Assembly (NCBI GenBank): GCA_031427195.1
Contig: JANPMZ010000239.1
Location: forward strand, 1-27,646
Direction of reading: 5' to 3'
Source of the DNA: Nitrospirota bacterium
GTDB taxonomy: Bacteria > Nitrospirota > UBA9217
Length of the DNA: 27,646 bases
The notes under the pieces were generated by a model. It ran no database searches. It saw only the letters and a list, made by a program, of their open reading frames with translations, and had not been told where the DNA came from. Of this stretch, positions 15,966-27,186 are shown piece by piece (within the stretch, counting starts at the first letter, position 1; every line of letters starts with the position of its first letter). A program made the translations under genes and the position numbers.

Positions 15966-16712
15966 TTACCTGGTGAGTATCAGCGGTCCATCGTCCATGA
16001 CGGCAATGGTATGCTCGAAATGTGCTGACAGCGACCCATCCGCCGTTACCGCTGTCCAGCCGTCCTCCTTGACCCTGGTGACGCAACCACCTGCATTGAC
16101 CATTGGCTCTATTGCCAGGACCATGCCGGTTTTAATCCTTGGTCCGCCGCCCCGGTCACCGAAATTCGGGATCTGCGGGTCCTCATGCAGACTTCTTCCG
16201 ATTCCGTGTCCGACAAACTCTCTCACTACCGAGAAACCGTGCGCCTCAACATGCGACTGAACGGCAGCTGAAATATCATACAGTCGATTCCCAGGCCTTG
16301 CTTCCGCAATACCCTTTAGCAAAGATTCTTTTGTGATCCTGATCAAACGCTCGGCCTCGTTCGATATTGACCCTACTGGGACGGTTATTGCAGCATCACC
16401 GTAAAATCCATCGACGACGGCGCCTACGTCGATGCTGATTATGTCTCCCTGCTTCAGCATGACCCCTTGGGAGGGAATGCCATGTACTACCTGTTCATTG
16501 ACCGAAGTGCAGAGGCTGCAGGGATAGCCGCGGTAACCCTTAAAGGCTGGTTTTGCTCCGGCATCTCTGATGAACTGCTCGGCGAAATTATCCAGCTCCT
16601 TAGTTGTTACGCCTGCTTGTACTTTTGTGCGAATTATTTCCAGGACATTCGCCACGATCAGGCAGGCTCTACGAATCTTTTCGATTTCCTGAAGGGACTT
16701 GAGAATCACCAT
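15966..16712 (-). CDS. map: Type I methionine aminopeptidase
   Basis: [35 protein letters not shown] and SAHFEHT. Confidence 0.97.
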   Translation of the reverse strand: MVILKSLQEIEKIRRACLIVANVLEIIRTKVQAGVTTKELDNFAEQFIRDAGAKPAFKGYRGYPCSLCTSVNEQVVHGIPSQGVMLKQGDIISIDVGAVVDGFYGDAAITVPVGSISNEAERLIRITKESLLKGIAEARPGNRLYDISAAVQSHVEAHGFSVVREFVGHGIGRSLHEDPQIPNFGDRGGGPRIKTGMVLAIEPMVNAGGCVTRVKEDGWTAVTADGSLSAHFEHTIAVMDDGPLILTR

Positions 16713-16727
16713 GAGTACAACCTGGGC

Positions 16728-18026
16728 TCATCGCCTCCCTTTAACTGAAACACCTTTCAGGAATCCTCCATAGTGCCTCTGGATAAGATGAGACTCTATC
16801 TGAGACACCGTATCCAGGGCGACACCAATGACGATCAGCAGCGATGTTCCTCCGAAATAAAAGGGAACATTAAAGGCCTTGTAGAATATGTCCGGCAATA
16901 CGCATACTGCTGAGAGGTATACCGCACCACCAAGGGTGATCCTTGTCAAAACCCGGTAAAGATAATCTGATGTCTTTTTCCCCGGACGGAAGCCTGGGAT
17001 GAAGCCGCCGTACTTCTTTAAATTTTCCGCAATGTCCACTGGATTAAAGACGATTGCCGTGTAAAAGAACGCGAAAAACACAATCATAACAACATACACC
17101 GTCGTATACAGCAAGTGTCCCGGTGCAAGCTGACCCGCAATATCCTTGATCCAACTGACGTCCGTAAAGCTGGCGATCGTTGCCGGGAATAACAGTATGG
17201 ACGATGCAAAGATCGGTGGGATAACTCCAGCCGAATTGATCTTGAGCGGCAAATGAGTGCTCTGTCCTTTGTATATCTTTCGTCCGACCATGCGTTGCGC
17301 ATACTGCACCGGAATTTTCCTCTGGCCGCGCTCCATTACAATGATCGCCGCAATAACCGAAATAATGATGACCAGAATAACCGCTATCATAAAATAGGGT
17401 ATTTCACCGGAAGTCACCAGACCAAGGGTATGAATGACCGCTGTCGGGAAACCCGCTACGATGCCTGCAAAAATAATAAGTGAAATACCGTTCCCAATGC
17501 CACGTTCGGTTATCTGTTCTCCCAGCCACATGATGAAGGTGGTTCCCGCAGTGAGCGTAATCATGGTAAGGATACGAAATGACCATCCGGTCGACTCTAC
17601 AAACACGCCGTCATTCATCTTCTCAATTCCAACTGCCATCCAGAAGGACTGAAATCCGGCAATAAGCACCGTTCCATAGCGGGTATACTCGGTGATCTTT
17701 TTTCGGCCCGATTCGCCTTCTTTTGCAAGCGCCTGCAGCCGGGGAATGACCACCGTCAGAAGTTGCAGCACAATCGAGGCGGTAATGTACGGCATGATGC
17801 CGAGCGCAAAAATAGTTACCCGGGAGAGAGCTCCACCGGAGAACATATCGAAGAAACCCATTAATCCGGACGCCGCCTCGTGCAGATATTGACTCAGTGC
17901 ATCACCCCGTATTCCGGGGGTGGGAATATGCGCACCAATCCGATACACCGCGAGCATGAGGAGCGTAAAGAGAACGCGCTTTCTGAGCTCGGGAATGTTA
18001 AATATGTTCTTAATGCCGGTGAACAA
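16728..18026 (-). CDS. secY: Preprotein translocase SecY
   Basis: TTG start; [39 protein letters not shown] and GGTSLLI. Confidence 0.98.
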   Translation of the reverse strand: MFTGIKNIFNIPELRKRVLFTLLMLAVYRIGAHIPTPGIRGDALSQYLHEAASGLMGFFDMFSGGALSRVTIFALGIMPYITASIVLQLLTVVIPRLQALAKEGESGRKKITEYTRYGTVLIAGFQSFWMAVGIEKMNDGVFVESTGWSFRILTMITLTAGTTFIMWLGEQITERGIGNGISLIIFAGIVAGFPTAVIHTLGLVTSGEIPYFMIAVILVIIISVIAAIIVMERGQRKIPVQYAQRMVGRKIYKGQSTHLPLKINSAGVIPPIFASSILLFPATIASFTDVSWIKDIAGQLAPGHLLYTTVYVVMIVFFAFFYTAIVFNPVDIAENLKKYGGFIPGFRPGKKTSDYLYRVLTRITLGGAVYLSAVCVLPDIFYKAFNVPFYFGGTSLLIVIGVALDTVSQIESHLIQRHYGGFLKGVSVKGRR

Positions 18027-18029
18027 GGG

Positions 18030-18470
18030 TTATAGTACCTCGGCCTTCCCGCCGGCGGCTTCTATTTTTGCTACCGCTGTCTTGCTGAATTTATGAGCGC
18101 GAATCGTGACACCCTTCTTCAACTCACCCATACCAAGCACCTTGACCTCGGTTTTTAGACTTTTTATAAGACCGTTCTGAAGCATCGTCTCCGGGGTTAT
18201 CGTTCCGCCGTCACTCGCCGCATCCAGATCGGTCAGGTTCACTACTGCATACTCTTTCCGGAATATATTTGTAAAACCACGCTTCGGGATGCGGCGTTGA
18301 AGGGGCATCTGGCCGCCTTCAAATCCTGCAGGCTTTACGCCACCGGAACGGGCCTTCTGTCCCTTGTGCCCCTTGGTTGAGGTCTTGCCATGTCCGGAAC
18401 CGACACCTCGACCAACCCGCTTTTGATTCTTTTTTGCCCCTGGTTGAGGTCTAAGATCTTCTAATCGCAT
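18030..18470 (-). CDS. rplO: 50S ribosomal protein uL15
   Basis: [13 protein letters not shown] and [16 protein letters not shown]. Confidence 0.98.
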   Translation of the reverse strand: MRLEDLRPQPGAKKNQKRVGRGVGSGHGKTSTKGHKGQKARSGGVKPAGFEGGQMPLQRRIPKRGFTNIFRKEYAVVNLTDLDAASDGGTITPETMLQNGLIKSLKTEVKVLGMGELKKGVTIRAHKFSKTAVAKIEAAGGKAEVL

Positions 18471-18513
18471 AGTTTGTATTCCTATTATCTGCCGTAACCT
18501 GATTATTTAAAAA

Positions 18514-18714
18514 CTAGTTTTTAACATCCTCAACCCGGATCAGATGGTTGACCTTGTTGACCATGCCTCTGATTTCGGGAGTATCAAGCCTCACGACAGA
18601 CTTGTTGAGCTTTCTCAGTCCCAGTCCGATCAGGACGACCTTGTGCTTCCCCGGACGGGCAATGCTGCTCCGCACCAGGGTGATTTTTATCTTTTTGGCT
18701 TCTTCGTTCGACAT
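18514..18714 (-). CDS. rpmD: 50S ribosomal protein uL30
   Basis: IKITLVRS.I, LGLRKLN and IRGMVNKVNHLI. ATG 18714 lies 1 nt after the rpsE stop; the track start at 18756 is inside rpsE. Confidence 0.95.
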   Translation of the reverse strand: MSNEEAKKIKITLVRSSIARPGKHKVVLIGLGLRKLNKSVVRLDTPEIRGMVNKVNHLIRVEDVKN

Positions 18715-18715
18715 C

Positions 18716-19225
18716 TTAAGCAAGCTCCTCCACGGATTTACCCCGGAGTGCCGCAACCTGCGCCGCGCTTCTGAGCCTTACCAATCCGTTAATTGTAGCA
18801 CTGACCACGTTGTGCGGATTACTGGAACCCAGTGACTTGCACAGCACGTTCCGCACACCCACAACCTCAAGCACCGACCGGCTTGCACCGCCCGCGATCA
18901 ACCCCGTACCTTCGGAGGCCGGCTTCAGCAATACTTTTCCTGCCCCAAAATGGCCAAGCACTTCGTGGGGTATCGTGCCACCTTTGAGCGAAACAAGAAC
19001 CATGTTCTTTTTGGCCCGCTCAGCAGCTTTTTTGATGGCTACCGGCGCCTCGGCTGCCTTCCCTTTTCCAACGCCGATCTTGCCGTTTCCATCACCGACG
19101 ACCACCAGTGCGCTGAAATTGAACCGCTTTCCGCCCTTGACCACTTTGGCGACCCGGTTCAGGTAGACTAACTTATCCTTCAGGCCATCGCCGTCTTCTG
19201 CTTCTTTATTGTATCGCTCTGCCAA
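18716..19225 (-). CDS. rpsE: 30S ribosomal protein uS5
   Basis: [13 protein letters not shown] and [15 protein letters not shown] start 5 nt after GGAGG; the track start at 19237 overlaps the SD. Confidence 0.96.
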   Translation of the reverse strand: MAERYNKEAEDGDGLKDKLVYLNRVAKVVKGGKRFNFSALVVVGDGNGKIGVGKGKAAEAPVAIKKAAERAKKNMVLVSLKGGTIPHEVLGHFGAGKVLLKPASEGTGLIAGGASRSVLEVVGVRNVLCKSLGSSNPHNVVSATINGLVRLRSAAQVAALRGKSVEELA

Positions 19226-19252
19226 AGCTGCCTCCACAATACTGCCAGTTCA

Positions 19253-19615
19253 CTAAAAGTTTAAACCCTGCTCCCGCGCGGCGTCTGCCAAGGCCTTGAT
19301 GCATCCATGATATTGATATCCGCCGCGGTCAAAAACGACATCTTTGATATTCTTGCTCAGCGCGCGCTGCGCGATGTTCGCACCAACCTTCTTCGCAGCC
19401 GCAATGTTCCCGCAATGCTTCAAACCGGTCTGTACTTCTTTCTCGGCCGACGATGCAGCTGCAACGGTCTTGCCGTCAGTGTCGTCGATTAGCTGTACAT
19501 AAATATGGCTGAGGCTCTTATAAACACTCAACCGGGGCCTTGCAGTCGTGCCGCTTACACGTTTGCGTACCCTTTCATGTCTTCTCTGTCTCGCTTTTAG
19601 CTTGCTCTTTGCCAC
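19253..19615 (-). CDS. rplR: 50S ribosomal protein uL18
   Basis: [21 protein letters not shown] and LADAARE.GL.F. GTG 19615 is preferred over 19621 on SD spacing. Confidence 0.96.
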   Translation of the reverse strand: MAKSKLKARQRRHERVRKRVSGTTARPRLSVYKSLSHIYVQLIDDTDGKTVAAASSAEKEVQTGLKHCGNIAAAKKVGANIAQRALSKNIKDVVFDRGGYQYHGCIKALADAAREQGLNF

Positions 19616-19685
19616 GTTCACTCTCCATCATGCTGATTGCGACACATCACTCACGTGACGCCGACCGCAATCAGAAATCTATTGA

Positions 19686-20234
19686 CTACTTTCCGCCCTT
19701 ACCTGCCTTGCCTTCTTTGCGCTTGATGACCTCGGTGCTGTATTTAATGCCCTTGCCTTTGTACGGCTCGGGTTTTTTCAGGCTTCGCACATTTGCAGCG
19801 ATCTGACCAACGAGCTGCCGATCCACACCCTTGAGTGTGATCTGTGTTTGCTTCGCGTCAACGGTCGCATTGATACCCTTCGGCAACGCATACACGATGG
19901 GATGAGAAAAACCGAGAGTTAGCATCAGGTTCGAGCCATGTACCGCCGCCTTAAAACCCACACCGGTTATTTCTAACGTTTTTTCGAAACCCTTGCTCAC
20001 CCCCACAACCATGTTGGCGATCAAATTTCTGGTCAGACCATGCAGTTCCCGGTACAGTTTCTGGTCCGACGGACGTTCTACCGTAAGCGTGTTGTTCTCT
20101 TTTTTTATCGTCAGCTTTGGGTTTACATCCTGGCTAATCTCGCCCAAGGGACCTTTGACCGTGACCTTTCCGGTCTCCAGTTTTGCTTCAACCCCTGCCG
20201 GCATCTCTATTGGTTTTTTACCAACCCTCGACAT
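19686..20234 (-). CDS. rplF: 50S ribosomal protein uL6
   Basis: MSRVGKKPI, LHGLTRNLIANMV and PEPYKGKGIKY. Confidence 0.98.
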   Translation of the reverse strand: MSRVGKKPIEMPAGVEAKLETGKVTVKGPLGEISQDVNPKLTIKKENNTLTVERPSDQKLYRELHGLTRNLIANMVVGVSKGFEKTLEITGVGFKAAVHGSNLMLTLGFSHPIVYALPKGINATVDAKQTQITLKGVDRQLVGQIAANVRSLKKPEPYKGKGIKYSTEVIKRKEGKAGKGGK

Positions 20235-20282
20235 AACAACTCCTCAAATTCCTGAATAAAACGGATTCACGTTACCGGGATA

Positions 20283-20678
20283 CTACCAAACGTGGCAAAT
20301 GACCTCACCGCCAACATTGTCCTTCTGCGCCTGCTTACCAGTCTGAATGCCCTTCGGCGTAGACAGTATGGCAATCCCGAGCCCTCGTAAAACCCGCGGA
20401 ATGGCTTTACTATTAGCATACACACGACATCCTGGTTTGCTGACCCGCTTCAGTCCCGTGATCACCGGCAATTCCTCGTCCGAATACTTGAGATACACCC
20501 GGATGACCCCTTGCCGACGGTCCTTGACCAGCTTCAGATTTTTAATATATCCCTCATCCTTAAGAATTTTTGCAACCTCCATCTTAAGTTTTGATGATGG
20601 GATGTCAACCTTCTCGTGCTTCGCTTTACTTGCGTTGCGGATCCGCGTCAGCATATCCGCAATAGGATCGGTCATCAT
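20283..20678 (-). CDS. rpsH: 30S ribosomal protein uS8
   Basis: [22 protein letters not shown] and GGEVICHVW. Confidence 0.98.
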   Translation of the reverse strand: MMTDPIADMLTRIRNASKAKHEKVDIPSSKLKMEVAKILKDEGYIKNLKLVKDRRQGVIRVYLKYSDEELPVITGLKRVSKPGCRVYANSKAIPRVLRGLGIAILSTPKGIQTGKQAQKDNVGGEVICHVW

Positions 20679-20697
20679 CGGTTCAAACCCCTTCTGC

Positions 20698-20883
20698 TTA
20701 CCAACTCGCCTTAATCACGCCCGGGATTTCACCCTTGAGCGCACCGTTTCTAAAACAAATGCGGCACATATCAAACTTCCGCAGATACCCTCTCGGTCGT
20801 CCGCACAGAGGACAGCGCGTATATGCCTGCACTTTAAATTTTGGCGGTCTGTTTGCCTTCGCTATCAAGGACTTCTTTGCCAT
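20698..20883 (-). CDS. rpsN: 30S ribosomal protein uS14, short Zn-binding (type Z)
   Basis: 61 aa; RCPLCGRPR and MCRICFR. Confidence 0.97.
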   Translation of the reverse strand: MAKKSLIAKANRPPKFKVQAYTRCPLCGRPRGYLRKFDMCRICFRNGALKGEIPGVIKASW

Positions 20884-20912
20884 GTTTCCTCCCAGAGAAC
20901 CTTACCTGAAGC

Positions 20913-21629
20913 TTATTTCCTGAACGGCATACCGAAGTGGCGAAGCAACGCCCTGCCCTCTTCATCAGTATTGGCCGTCGTGACAAACACAACATCCATG
21001 CCGTGGACCGATTCAACTTTATCGTACTCTATTTCCGGGAAAATAATCTGTTCCTTGATACCAAGGGTATAGTTTCCCCGCCCATCAAAGGACTTCGTTG
21101 GAATACCCTTGAAGTCACGGATACGGGGCAATGCCGCGCTGATAAAACGGTCCAGAAACTCGAACATATGTTCGCGTCGCAGCGTTACACAGCATCCGAT
21201 CGGCATACCTTCTCTCAGCTTAAAAGCCGCGATCGACTTTTTTGCTTTCGTTATTACAGGACGCTGGCCGGTAATTCTTCCCAGTTCATCAACCGCAAAA
21301 TCAAGCGCCTTGGCGTTCGCTATCGCTTCACCCAAGCCGACATTAAGAACGATTTTTACCAATTTCGGGGCCTGCATAGGATTCTTGTAGCTGAATTCCT
21401 TCATCAGCGCCGGAATAACGGTTTCCCTGTACAGCAACTGCATCCTCGGCGGCCCTGTTTTTACAGGAGCAGCCTTGGCAGCACTGGCCTCTGCGGTTAC
21501 AGCAGGTTTTGCGGCTTTTTTAGGTTCTTTGGCCGACGCCTTGGGTTTTCCTTCAGCTTTGGCGGACTTCGGTGCGGCCTTCTGACCGGTTCCCTTTGCT
21601 TCTTTGCTTTTTTCTTTTTTGTCTGCCAT
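20913..21629 (-). CDS. rplE: 50S ribosomal protein uL5 with Lys/Ala-rich N-terminal extension
   Basis: Core [29 protein letters not shown] and FPEI.Y; 60 extra N-terminal residues. Confidence 0.97.
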   Translation of the reverse strand: MADKKEKSKEAKGTGQKAAPKSAKAEGKPKASAKEPKKAAKPAVTAEASAAKAAPVKTGPPRMQLLYRETVIPALMKEFSYKNPMQAPKLVKIVLNVGLGEAIANAKALDFAVDELGRITGQRPVITKAKKSIAAFKLREGMPIGCCVTLRREHMFEFLDRFISAALPRIRDFKGIPTKSFDGRGNYTLGIKEQIIFPEIEYDKVESVHGMDVVFVTTANTDEEGRALLRHFGMPFRK

Positions 21630-21697
21630 TGATCGCTTTCCCTATGGTGCCAGTATTCCCTTATCCACCCCTTACGTTCCGGGCGATTCGGCGTCTG

Positions 21698-22009
21698 CTA
21701 GCTCAGAGTTTCGTTGCAGTTTTTGCAAACACGGATACGCATGCCATCTTCCTGCGTCTTCCGTACAGCAGCTGTCGGCTTATCGCACTTCGAGCAGATC
21801 AACTTGACATTCGACAGGGAGATGGGACCTTCCTTCTCCACAATGCCTCCCTGCTTCAGTTGCTGGGTCGGCCGGGTATGCCGCTTAATCATGTTCAGTT
21901 TTTCTATCAAGAGCCTGTTTTCCGCCGGGAATACGGCGATAACTCTGCCCTTTTTGCCCTTCTCCTTGCCGGAGATCACTAACACATTATCATTTTTCTT
22001 TATCTGCAT
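21698..22009 (-). CDS. rplX: 50S ribosomal protein uL24
   Basis: IKKNDNVLVISGKEKGKKG, GGIVEKEGPI and CSKC...CKNC. Confidence 0.97.
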   Translation of the reverse strand: MQIKKNDNVLVISGKEKGKKGRVIAVFPAENRLLIEKLNMIKRHTRPTQQLKQGGIVEKEGPISLSNVKLICSKCDKPTAAVRKTQEDGMRIRVCKNCNETLS

Positions 22010-22060
22010 ATTCTTACGTCCTGGTTTCCTATCGGAGCGTTATTAGTCAGCGACACGGAG

Positions 22061-22429
22061 TTACAGTACTTCCGGTGCCAGTGAAATTATCTTCATAAAG
22101 TTCTTTTTCCGCAGTTCGCGGGCAACCGGTCCGAAAATACGGGTGCCGATCGGTTCATTGCTTGCGTTGATCAACACCGCTGCATTCCTATCAAATTTTA
22201 TATACGATCCATCCGCGCGCCGCACTTCCTTGGTTGTCCGCACGACAACCGCCTTCGCGACCGTTCCCTTTTTTGCCTGCCCGTCAGGAATGGCCATCTT
22301 GATCGCCACGACAATAACATCACCAAGTGACGCATACCGCTTGCGGGTCCCGCCAAGCACTTTAATGCACATTACTTTTTTTGCGCCGGAATTATCGGCG
22401 ACGTCTAATACGGTCTGTTGCTGAATCAT
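22061..22429 (-). CDS. rplN: 50S ribosomal protein uL14
   Basis: [16 protein letters not shown] and [12 protein letters not shown]. Confidence 0.98.
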   Translation of the reverse strand: MIQQQTVLDVADNSGAKKVMCIKVLGGTRKRYASLGDVIVVAIKMAIPDGQAKKGTVAKAVVVRTTKEVRRADGSYIKFDRNAAVLINASNEPIGTRIFGPVARELRKKNFMKIISLAPEVL

Positions 22430-22467
22430 CTCTTATCCCCTAGCACAGGTAGTCGGATTACGGCTTA

Positions 22468-22725
22468 TTACTGGGCCTTCTCCACGATCTCAAGGACTTT
22501 CCAACGCTTTTCCTTCGACAGCGGCCTGGTTTCTATGAAACGTACCACATCGCCGACCTTGCACTTATTTTCTTCATCATGAGCCTTGAACTTGGTCGTA
22601 CGGCTGATCGTTTTCGTGTACTTTGTGTGCGCTACACGCCTCGACACCGCCAGAACAACGGTCTTATCCATTTTATCGCTGACCACACGACCAATATACA
22701 TTTTTCGTTTTTTAGACTCGCCCAT
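22468..22725 (-). CDS. rpsQ: 30S ribosomal protein uS17
   Basis: [19 protein letters not shown] and ETRPLSK.KRW. Confidence 0.98.
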   Translation of the reverse strand: MGESKKRKMYIGRVVSDKMDKTVVLAVSRRVAHTKYTKTISRTTKFKAHDEENKCKVGDVVRFIETRPLSKEKRWKVLEIVEKAQ

Positions 22726-22912
22726 ATTTTTCCTTTAAGACCGTTTTTGCTCTTGCGATATCCTTGCGGAGTATCCGCAAACGCATCGGATTTTCTATCT
22801 GGCCCATTGCCTGTTGGAACCGCAGATTGAATATCTCTTTTTTCATATCCGTGGCTTTTGCCTCCAGCTCTTCACTGGATAAATCTTTCATATCGCGCAG
22901 ACTGGCTTTCAT
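22712..22912 (-). CDS. rpmC: 50S ribosomal protein uL29
   Basis: [10 protein letters not shown] and RKDIARAKT; ATGA overlap with rplP. Confidence 0.96.
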   Translation of the reverse strand: MKASLRDMKDLSSEELEAKATDMKKEIFNLRFQQAMGQIENPMRLRILRKDIARAKTVLKEKYGRV

Positions 22913-23325
22913 ATTGCCGCCTCCCGAGAGACAAACTTGGTGGCAATCGGCAACTTGTACGCTGCAAGCCTGAACGCCTCTCGTGCTACCGACTCATCGA
23001 CACCACCCATTTCGTAAAGCACCCGACCGGGCTTCACTACCGCTACCCAGTACTCAGGCGCTCCCTTGCCTTTGCCCATACGCGTTTCGGCCGCCTTCTT
23101 CGTAATCGGCTTATCCGGGAATATGCGTATCCATATCTTCCCTCCCCGCTTGACATAACGGGTCATGGCGATACGAGCGGCTTCAATTTGCCGGCTCGTG
23201 ATCCAGCCAGGCTCAAGGACCTTCAAGCCAAACTCACCGTAGCTGACCTCTGCTCCCCGATAGGCAGTTCCGGTCATCCGGCCCTTCATCATTTTTCTAT
23301 GTTTTACTCTTTTCGGCGCTAGCAT
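22909..23325 (-). CDS. rplP: 50S ribosomal protein uL16
   Basis: [19 protein letters not shown] and RMGKGKG. Confidence 0.98.
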   Translation of the reverse strand: MLAPKRVKHRKMMKGRMTGTAYRGAEVSYGEFGLKVLEPGWITSRQIEAARIAMTRYVKRGGKIWIRIFPDKPITKKAAETRMGKGKGAPEYWVAVVKPGRVLYEMGGVDESVAREAFRLAAYKLPIATKFVSREAAI

Positions 23326-23373
23326 ATTCGCATTCCTTTACAACGGTCATAGTATTGCTCATACGGCAAAGCG

Positions 23374-24018
23374 TTACGCAGTCGCCTTCGACGGCTGCAG
23401 CACATCACCTTTATAGATCCAGACCTTCACGCCGATCTGCCCCATCGTCGTTTTTGCTTCAAAAAACCCGTACTGGATGTCGGCCCGCAGCGTATGGAGC
23501 GGCACGCGTCCCTCACGGTACCATTCGGTCCTGGCGATTTCACCGCCAGCCAACCTTCCAGCGCACATGATCTTGATGCCCTGAGCGCCCAGGCGGAGGG
23601 CTGAGGTCACGGACTTTTTCATTGCCCGGCGAAAAGCAATGCGGCGCTCCAGCTGAAGAGCGATATTCTCAGCAACCAGCTGGGCATCCAGTTCCGGCCG
23701 TCTGATCTCCTGAATATTGATATATATCTGCTTGCCGGTCATGGTTTCAAGGTCTTTTTTCAGCTTGTCGACCTCGGCGCCTTTTTTCCCGATAATAATA
23801 CCGGGCCGGGCAGTATGGATATTTATCTTGGCCTTCTGGCCTGCCCGTTCAATCTCTATTTTCGAAACGCCGGCATGCATCAGGCGTTCCTTCACAATCT
23901 TACGGATCTTAATATCCTCATGCAGGAGCGCTGCATAATTCTTCTGTGAGAACCAGCGGGAGTCCCATGTCTTGATGACCCCGAGCCGGAAACCGATCGG
24001 ATGTACCTTCTGTCCCAT
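23374..24018 (-). CDS. rpsC: 30S ribosomal protein uS3
   Basis: [26 protein letters not shown] and [15 protein letters not shown] 24018 follows GGAGG; the track start at 24105 is inside rplV. Confidence 0.98.
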   Translation of the reverse strand: MGQKVHPIGFRLGVIKTWDSRWFSQKNYAALLHEDIKIRKIVKERLMHAGVSKIEIERAGQKAKINIHTARPGIIIGKKGAEVDKLKKDLETMTGKQIYINIQEIRRPELDAQLVAENIALQLERRIAFRRAMKKSVTSALRLGAQGIKIMCAGRLAGGEIARTEWYREGRVPLHTLRADIQYGFFEAKTTMGQIGVKVWIYKGDVLQPSKATA

Positions 24019-24037
24019 TATGCCTCCACCGTAAACA

Positions 24038-24367
24038 CTATGCTGTGAGCACCAGCGTGATATGGCTGGTCCTCTTTTTAATCTCGTTTGCCCTGCCCAT
24101 GGCACGCGCCCGTATCCGCTTCATCGTCGCACCCTGGTTGACAAACGCCCTGGTCACCATGAGAGAATCCACATCGCCCACCTTCTTCTGCTCGGCATTT
24201 GCTACCGCTGAGTCGAGCAGCTTTTTTACGATGCGAGCAGCGTGAAGCGGCGTAAAGGTGAGAATATTTATCGCGTCGCCCACCATCTTGCCGCGGATAA
24301 GGTCGATGACCTGCCTCGCCTTACGCGGAGTAATTCGTATATGTCTGACCGTTGCGCTTGCTTCCAT
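24038..24367 (-). CDS. rplV: 50S ribosomal protein uL22
   Basis: [21 protein letters not shown] and RAMGRA..I.KRTSHIT. Confidence 0.98.
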   Translation of the reverse strand: MEASATVRHIRITPRKARQVIDLIRGKMVGDAINILTFTPLHAARIVKKLLDSAVANAEQKKVGDVDSLMVTRAFVNQGATMKRIRARAMGRANEIKKRTSHITLVLTA

Positions 24368-24400
24368 CTTCGTATCCTCGCTCTAGTTCACAACGCTGCA

Positions 24401-24697
24401 CTACTTGGGTGCGCTTGTCTTTTCTGCGGTCTTTGCCTTTGACCCACCATGCGCCTTGAAGGTCCGGGTCGGGGAAAACTCACCCAGTTTATGTCCCACC
24501 ATGTTTTCGGTGACATAGACCGGAATGAATTTTCTGCCATTGTGCACCGCCATGGTGTGTCCAATGAAATCCGGCGTAATGGTAGACCGCCTGGACCAGG
24601 TCTTCACGATCTTTTTATCACCCGCTGTGTTCATGGTCTCAACTTTCTTCATGAGACTCGTGTCCACAAAAGGACCTTTTTTAATTGATCTGGGCAC
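24401..24697 (-). CDS. rpsS: 30S ribosomal protein uS19
   Basis: GTG start; [19 protein letters not shown] and [11 protein letters not shown]. Confidence 0.98.
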   Translation of the reverse strand: MPRSIKKGPFVDTSLMKKVETMNTAGDKKIVKTWSRRSTITPDFIGHTMAVHNGRKFIPVYVTENMVGHKLGEFSPTRTFKAHGGSKAKTAEKTSAPK

Positions 24698-24739
24698 CGT
24701 ATCCTCCGCTGCAACGTATCACGAGATTGCGGATTCCCG

Positions 24740-25567
24740 CTATCTGCTCTTCGTTCTTCTTTTAAGAATGAACTTGTTCGTGGTCTTGTTCTTTCTCGTT
24801 CTCACACCGTCCGGGAGACCCCAGGGCGAACATCCTGGCCTGCCGCCCGAGGATTTTCCCTCGCCGCCGCCAAGGGGATGATCAACCGGATTCATGACCA
24901 CTCCGCGCACTCTCGGCCGCATTCCCATCCAGCGCGAACGGCCCGCCTTGCCGATGCTTATATTTTCGTGGTCAAGATTTCCAACCTGGCCGATGGTGGC
25001 CATACATTCCGACCGCACGGTACGGATCTCACCGGAATTAAGCCGCAGCGTTGCAAGTTCGCCTTCCCTTGCCAGCAGCTGCACAGAAGCGCCTGCACTC
25101 CTTGCGAGCTGTCCGCCTGCACCCTTTTTGAGCTCCACATTATGGATCACCGTACCAACGGGAATCGAGGTGATGGGAAGCGCATTACCCGTCTTGATAT
25201 CAGCATCAGGTCCTGAAACTACCCGATCTCCGACATTCAGCCCAACAGGCGCGAGTATATAGCGTTTCTCACCATCAACATAGTGCAAGAGAGCGATACG
25301 CGCAGTACGATTCGGATCGTACTCAATATGCGCCACAACTGCGGGCACACCGGTCTTTTCACGCCTGAAGTCGACGATCCTGTATTTTTTCTTGTGCCAA
25401 CCAGCCCGGTAGCGGACCGTGATCTTGCCGCGATTGTTCCGACCGCCGCTCTGGCTGAGCTTTACTACCAGCGATTTTTCCGGCCGACTCCGTGTTACTT
25501 CCTCGAAGGTTGATGAAGTTTGGAATCTCCTGCCCGGTGATGTTGGATTATAGGTCTTTACCGGCAT
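24740..25567 (-). CDS. rplB: 50S ribosomal protein uL2
   Basis: [25 protein letters not shown] and MNPVDHP.GGGEG. Confidence 0.98.
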   Translation of the reverse strand: MPVKTYNPTSPGRRFQTSSTFEEVTRSRPEKSLVVKLSQSGGRNNRGKITVRYRAGWHKKKYRIVDFRREKTGVPAVVAHIEYDPNRTARIALLHYVDGEKRYILAPVGLNVGDRVVSGPDADIKTGNALPITSIPVGTVIHNVELKKGAGGQLARSAGASVQLLAREGELATLRLNSGEIRTVRSECMATIGQVGNLDHENISIGKAGRSRWMGMRPRVRGVVMNPVDHPLGGGEGKSSGGRPGCSPWGLPDGVRTRKNKTTNKFILKRRTKSR

Positions 25568-25861
25568 TTACGCACCCTCGAATATTTCTATCTTTTCACC
25601 TGGTTTCAGCGTTACATACGCCTTTTTCCAGTCTGATCGGCGGCCGAGCCTCTGCCCCATACGCTTTTTCTTGCCCGCGGTTTTCACGGTGGTTACATCC
25701 GCAACTTTTACCTTGAAGATACCCTCGATCGCCTTCCGCACCTGCAGCTTGTTGGCATCGGTCCTTACTTCGAAGGTCAGGACATTATTTTTTTCCTTCA
25801 GGCGTGTGCCCTTTTCCGTGATACGGGGCGCCCGAATTATATCATAGTGGTCGGTGATCAT
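25568..25861 (-). CDS. rplW: 50S ribosomal protein uL23
   Basis: P.ITEK, FEVRTDANK and WKKAYVTL. Confidence 0.97.
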   Translation of the reverse strand: MITDHYDIIRAPRITEKGTRLKEKNNVLTFEVRTDANKLQVRKAIEGIFKVKVADVTTVKTAGKKKRMGQRLGRRSDWKKAYVTLKPGEKIEIFEGA

Positions 25862-26481
25862 TTTCCGTACACCTCCTGAATGGCGCTCAAAGCATCCTGC
25901 GTCATAATGAGGTACCGGTACTTCATCAGATCATACACGTTAATATTTTCCATCCTGAGCACCTTGACCGAGGGGATATTGCGCGAAGCCAACGTCAGGT
26001 TCTTATTCTCCGCCTTAATGAGAACGAGTGCGTTCTCCTTGACACCGAGAGTATCAAGCATAGAAGTAACCAGCTTGGTTTTCGGCTCAGCAAAGTCTAG
26101 TGAACTGACCAGGACCAGCCGGTTATCAATAACCTTTGACGCTATGGCATCAACAAGCGCAGCTCGTTTTTCTTTTTTCGGCAGCGAATAAGAGTAATCG
26201 CGGGGCATTGGACCAAAGCAGGTGCCGCCATGCCTCCACAAGGGTGACCGGTTGCTTCCTGCACGGGCGCGTCCAGTTCCTTTCTGTTTCCAGGGTTTTT
26301 TTCCACCACCGCTCACCATCGCCTTGTTCTTCGTCGAGGCAGTACCTGCCCGCCTGTTGGCGAGCTGGTTCACGACCGAGGCATGGATAAGATGTGGCCG
26401 GATCTCGGACCCGAACAGGGACGGAAGCTCCACATCCTTTACTTTCTTATTATTCTGGTCAACCATGACGACTGACGGCAT
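25858..26481 (-). CDS. rplD: 50S ribosomal protein uL4
   Basis: KPWKQKGTGRARAGS and GGTCFGP.PR.Y. Confidence 0.98.
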   Translation of the reverse strand: MPSVVMVDQNNKKVKDVELPSLFGSEIRPHLIHASVVNQLANRRAGTASTKNKAMVSGGGKKPWKQKGTGRARAGSNRSPLWRHGGTCFGPMPRDYSYSLPKKEKRAALVDAIASKVIDNRLVLVSSLDFAEPKTKLVTSMLDTLGVKENALVLIKAENKNLTLASRNIPSVKVLRMENINVYDLMKYRYLIMTQDALSAIQEVYGK

Positions 26482-26504
26482 TTCAGTAACCCTCTATTCC
26501 TTGA

Positions 26505-27119
26505 TTAATCAGCCTTGTAGATAAGAAGCAGGCCGTTGACGCCGCCCGGCACTGCGCCGCGTACAAACAACAGGTTTTGATCCGGCCGGACATCGATGAT
26601 TTCCAGGTTTTTAATCGTTTTCTTTGCCACACCCATATGACCCGGAAGTTTCTTGCCGGGCCAAACGCGAGACGGATAGGAACTTGCACCGATCGAACCA
26701 GGAGCGCGATTGAACATGGATCCATGCCCCCCGGGACCGCCGGCAAAATTATGCCGTTTCATGACGCCGGCAAAACCCTTTCCCTTCGTCGTGCCGCTCA
26801 CGGTGACCATATCGCCCTTTTTGAACATGTCGATAGTCACGACCTGACCAGCCTCAAATTCTCCGGTCCGGAATTCTCTGAGCACGCGGTGAGGCGGTGT
26901 TTCCGTCTTCTTAAAGTGTCCGGCCATTGCTTTGGTAATGCGGTTCTTCTTCTTTTCTTCTGCAAAGGAAAGTTGGGCGGCTTCGTAACCATCCGTCGCG
27001 GTAGTTTTTTTCTGAATCACCTTGCACGGACCAGCCTGGATCACCGTTACCGGGATCAGCTCTCCACCGTTAAAGTGCTGGGTCATACCAATTTTTTTTC
27101 CGATAATACCCTTACTCAT
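26505..27119 (-). CDS. rplC: 50S ribosomal protein uL3
   Basis: IGKKIGMTQ, KGKGFAG..KRH.F, HGS and PGHMG. ATG 27119 is preferred over the track's GTG 27140. Confidence 0.97.
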   Translation of the reverse strand: MSKGIIGKKIGMTQHFNGGELIPVTVIQAGPCKVIQKKTTATDGYEAAQLSFAEEKKKNRITKAMAGHFKKTETPPHRVLREFRTGEFEAGQVVTIDMFKKGDMVTVSGTTKGKGFAGVMKRHNFAGGPGGHGSMFNRAPGSIGASSYPSRVWPGKKLPGHMGVAKKTIKNLEIIDVRPDQNLLFVRGAVPGGVNGLLLIYKAD

Positions 27120-27186
27120 ATCATATCCCTTCACCCGCACGCTGACGACAACTATTCTGCGATGCGTCTACGGCTGATTTTACCAA

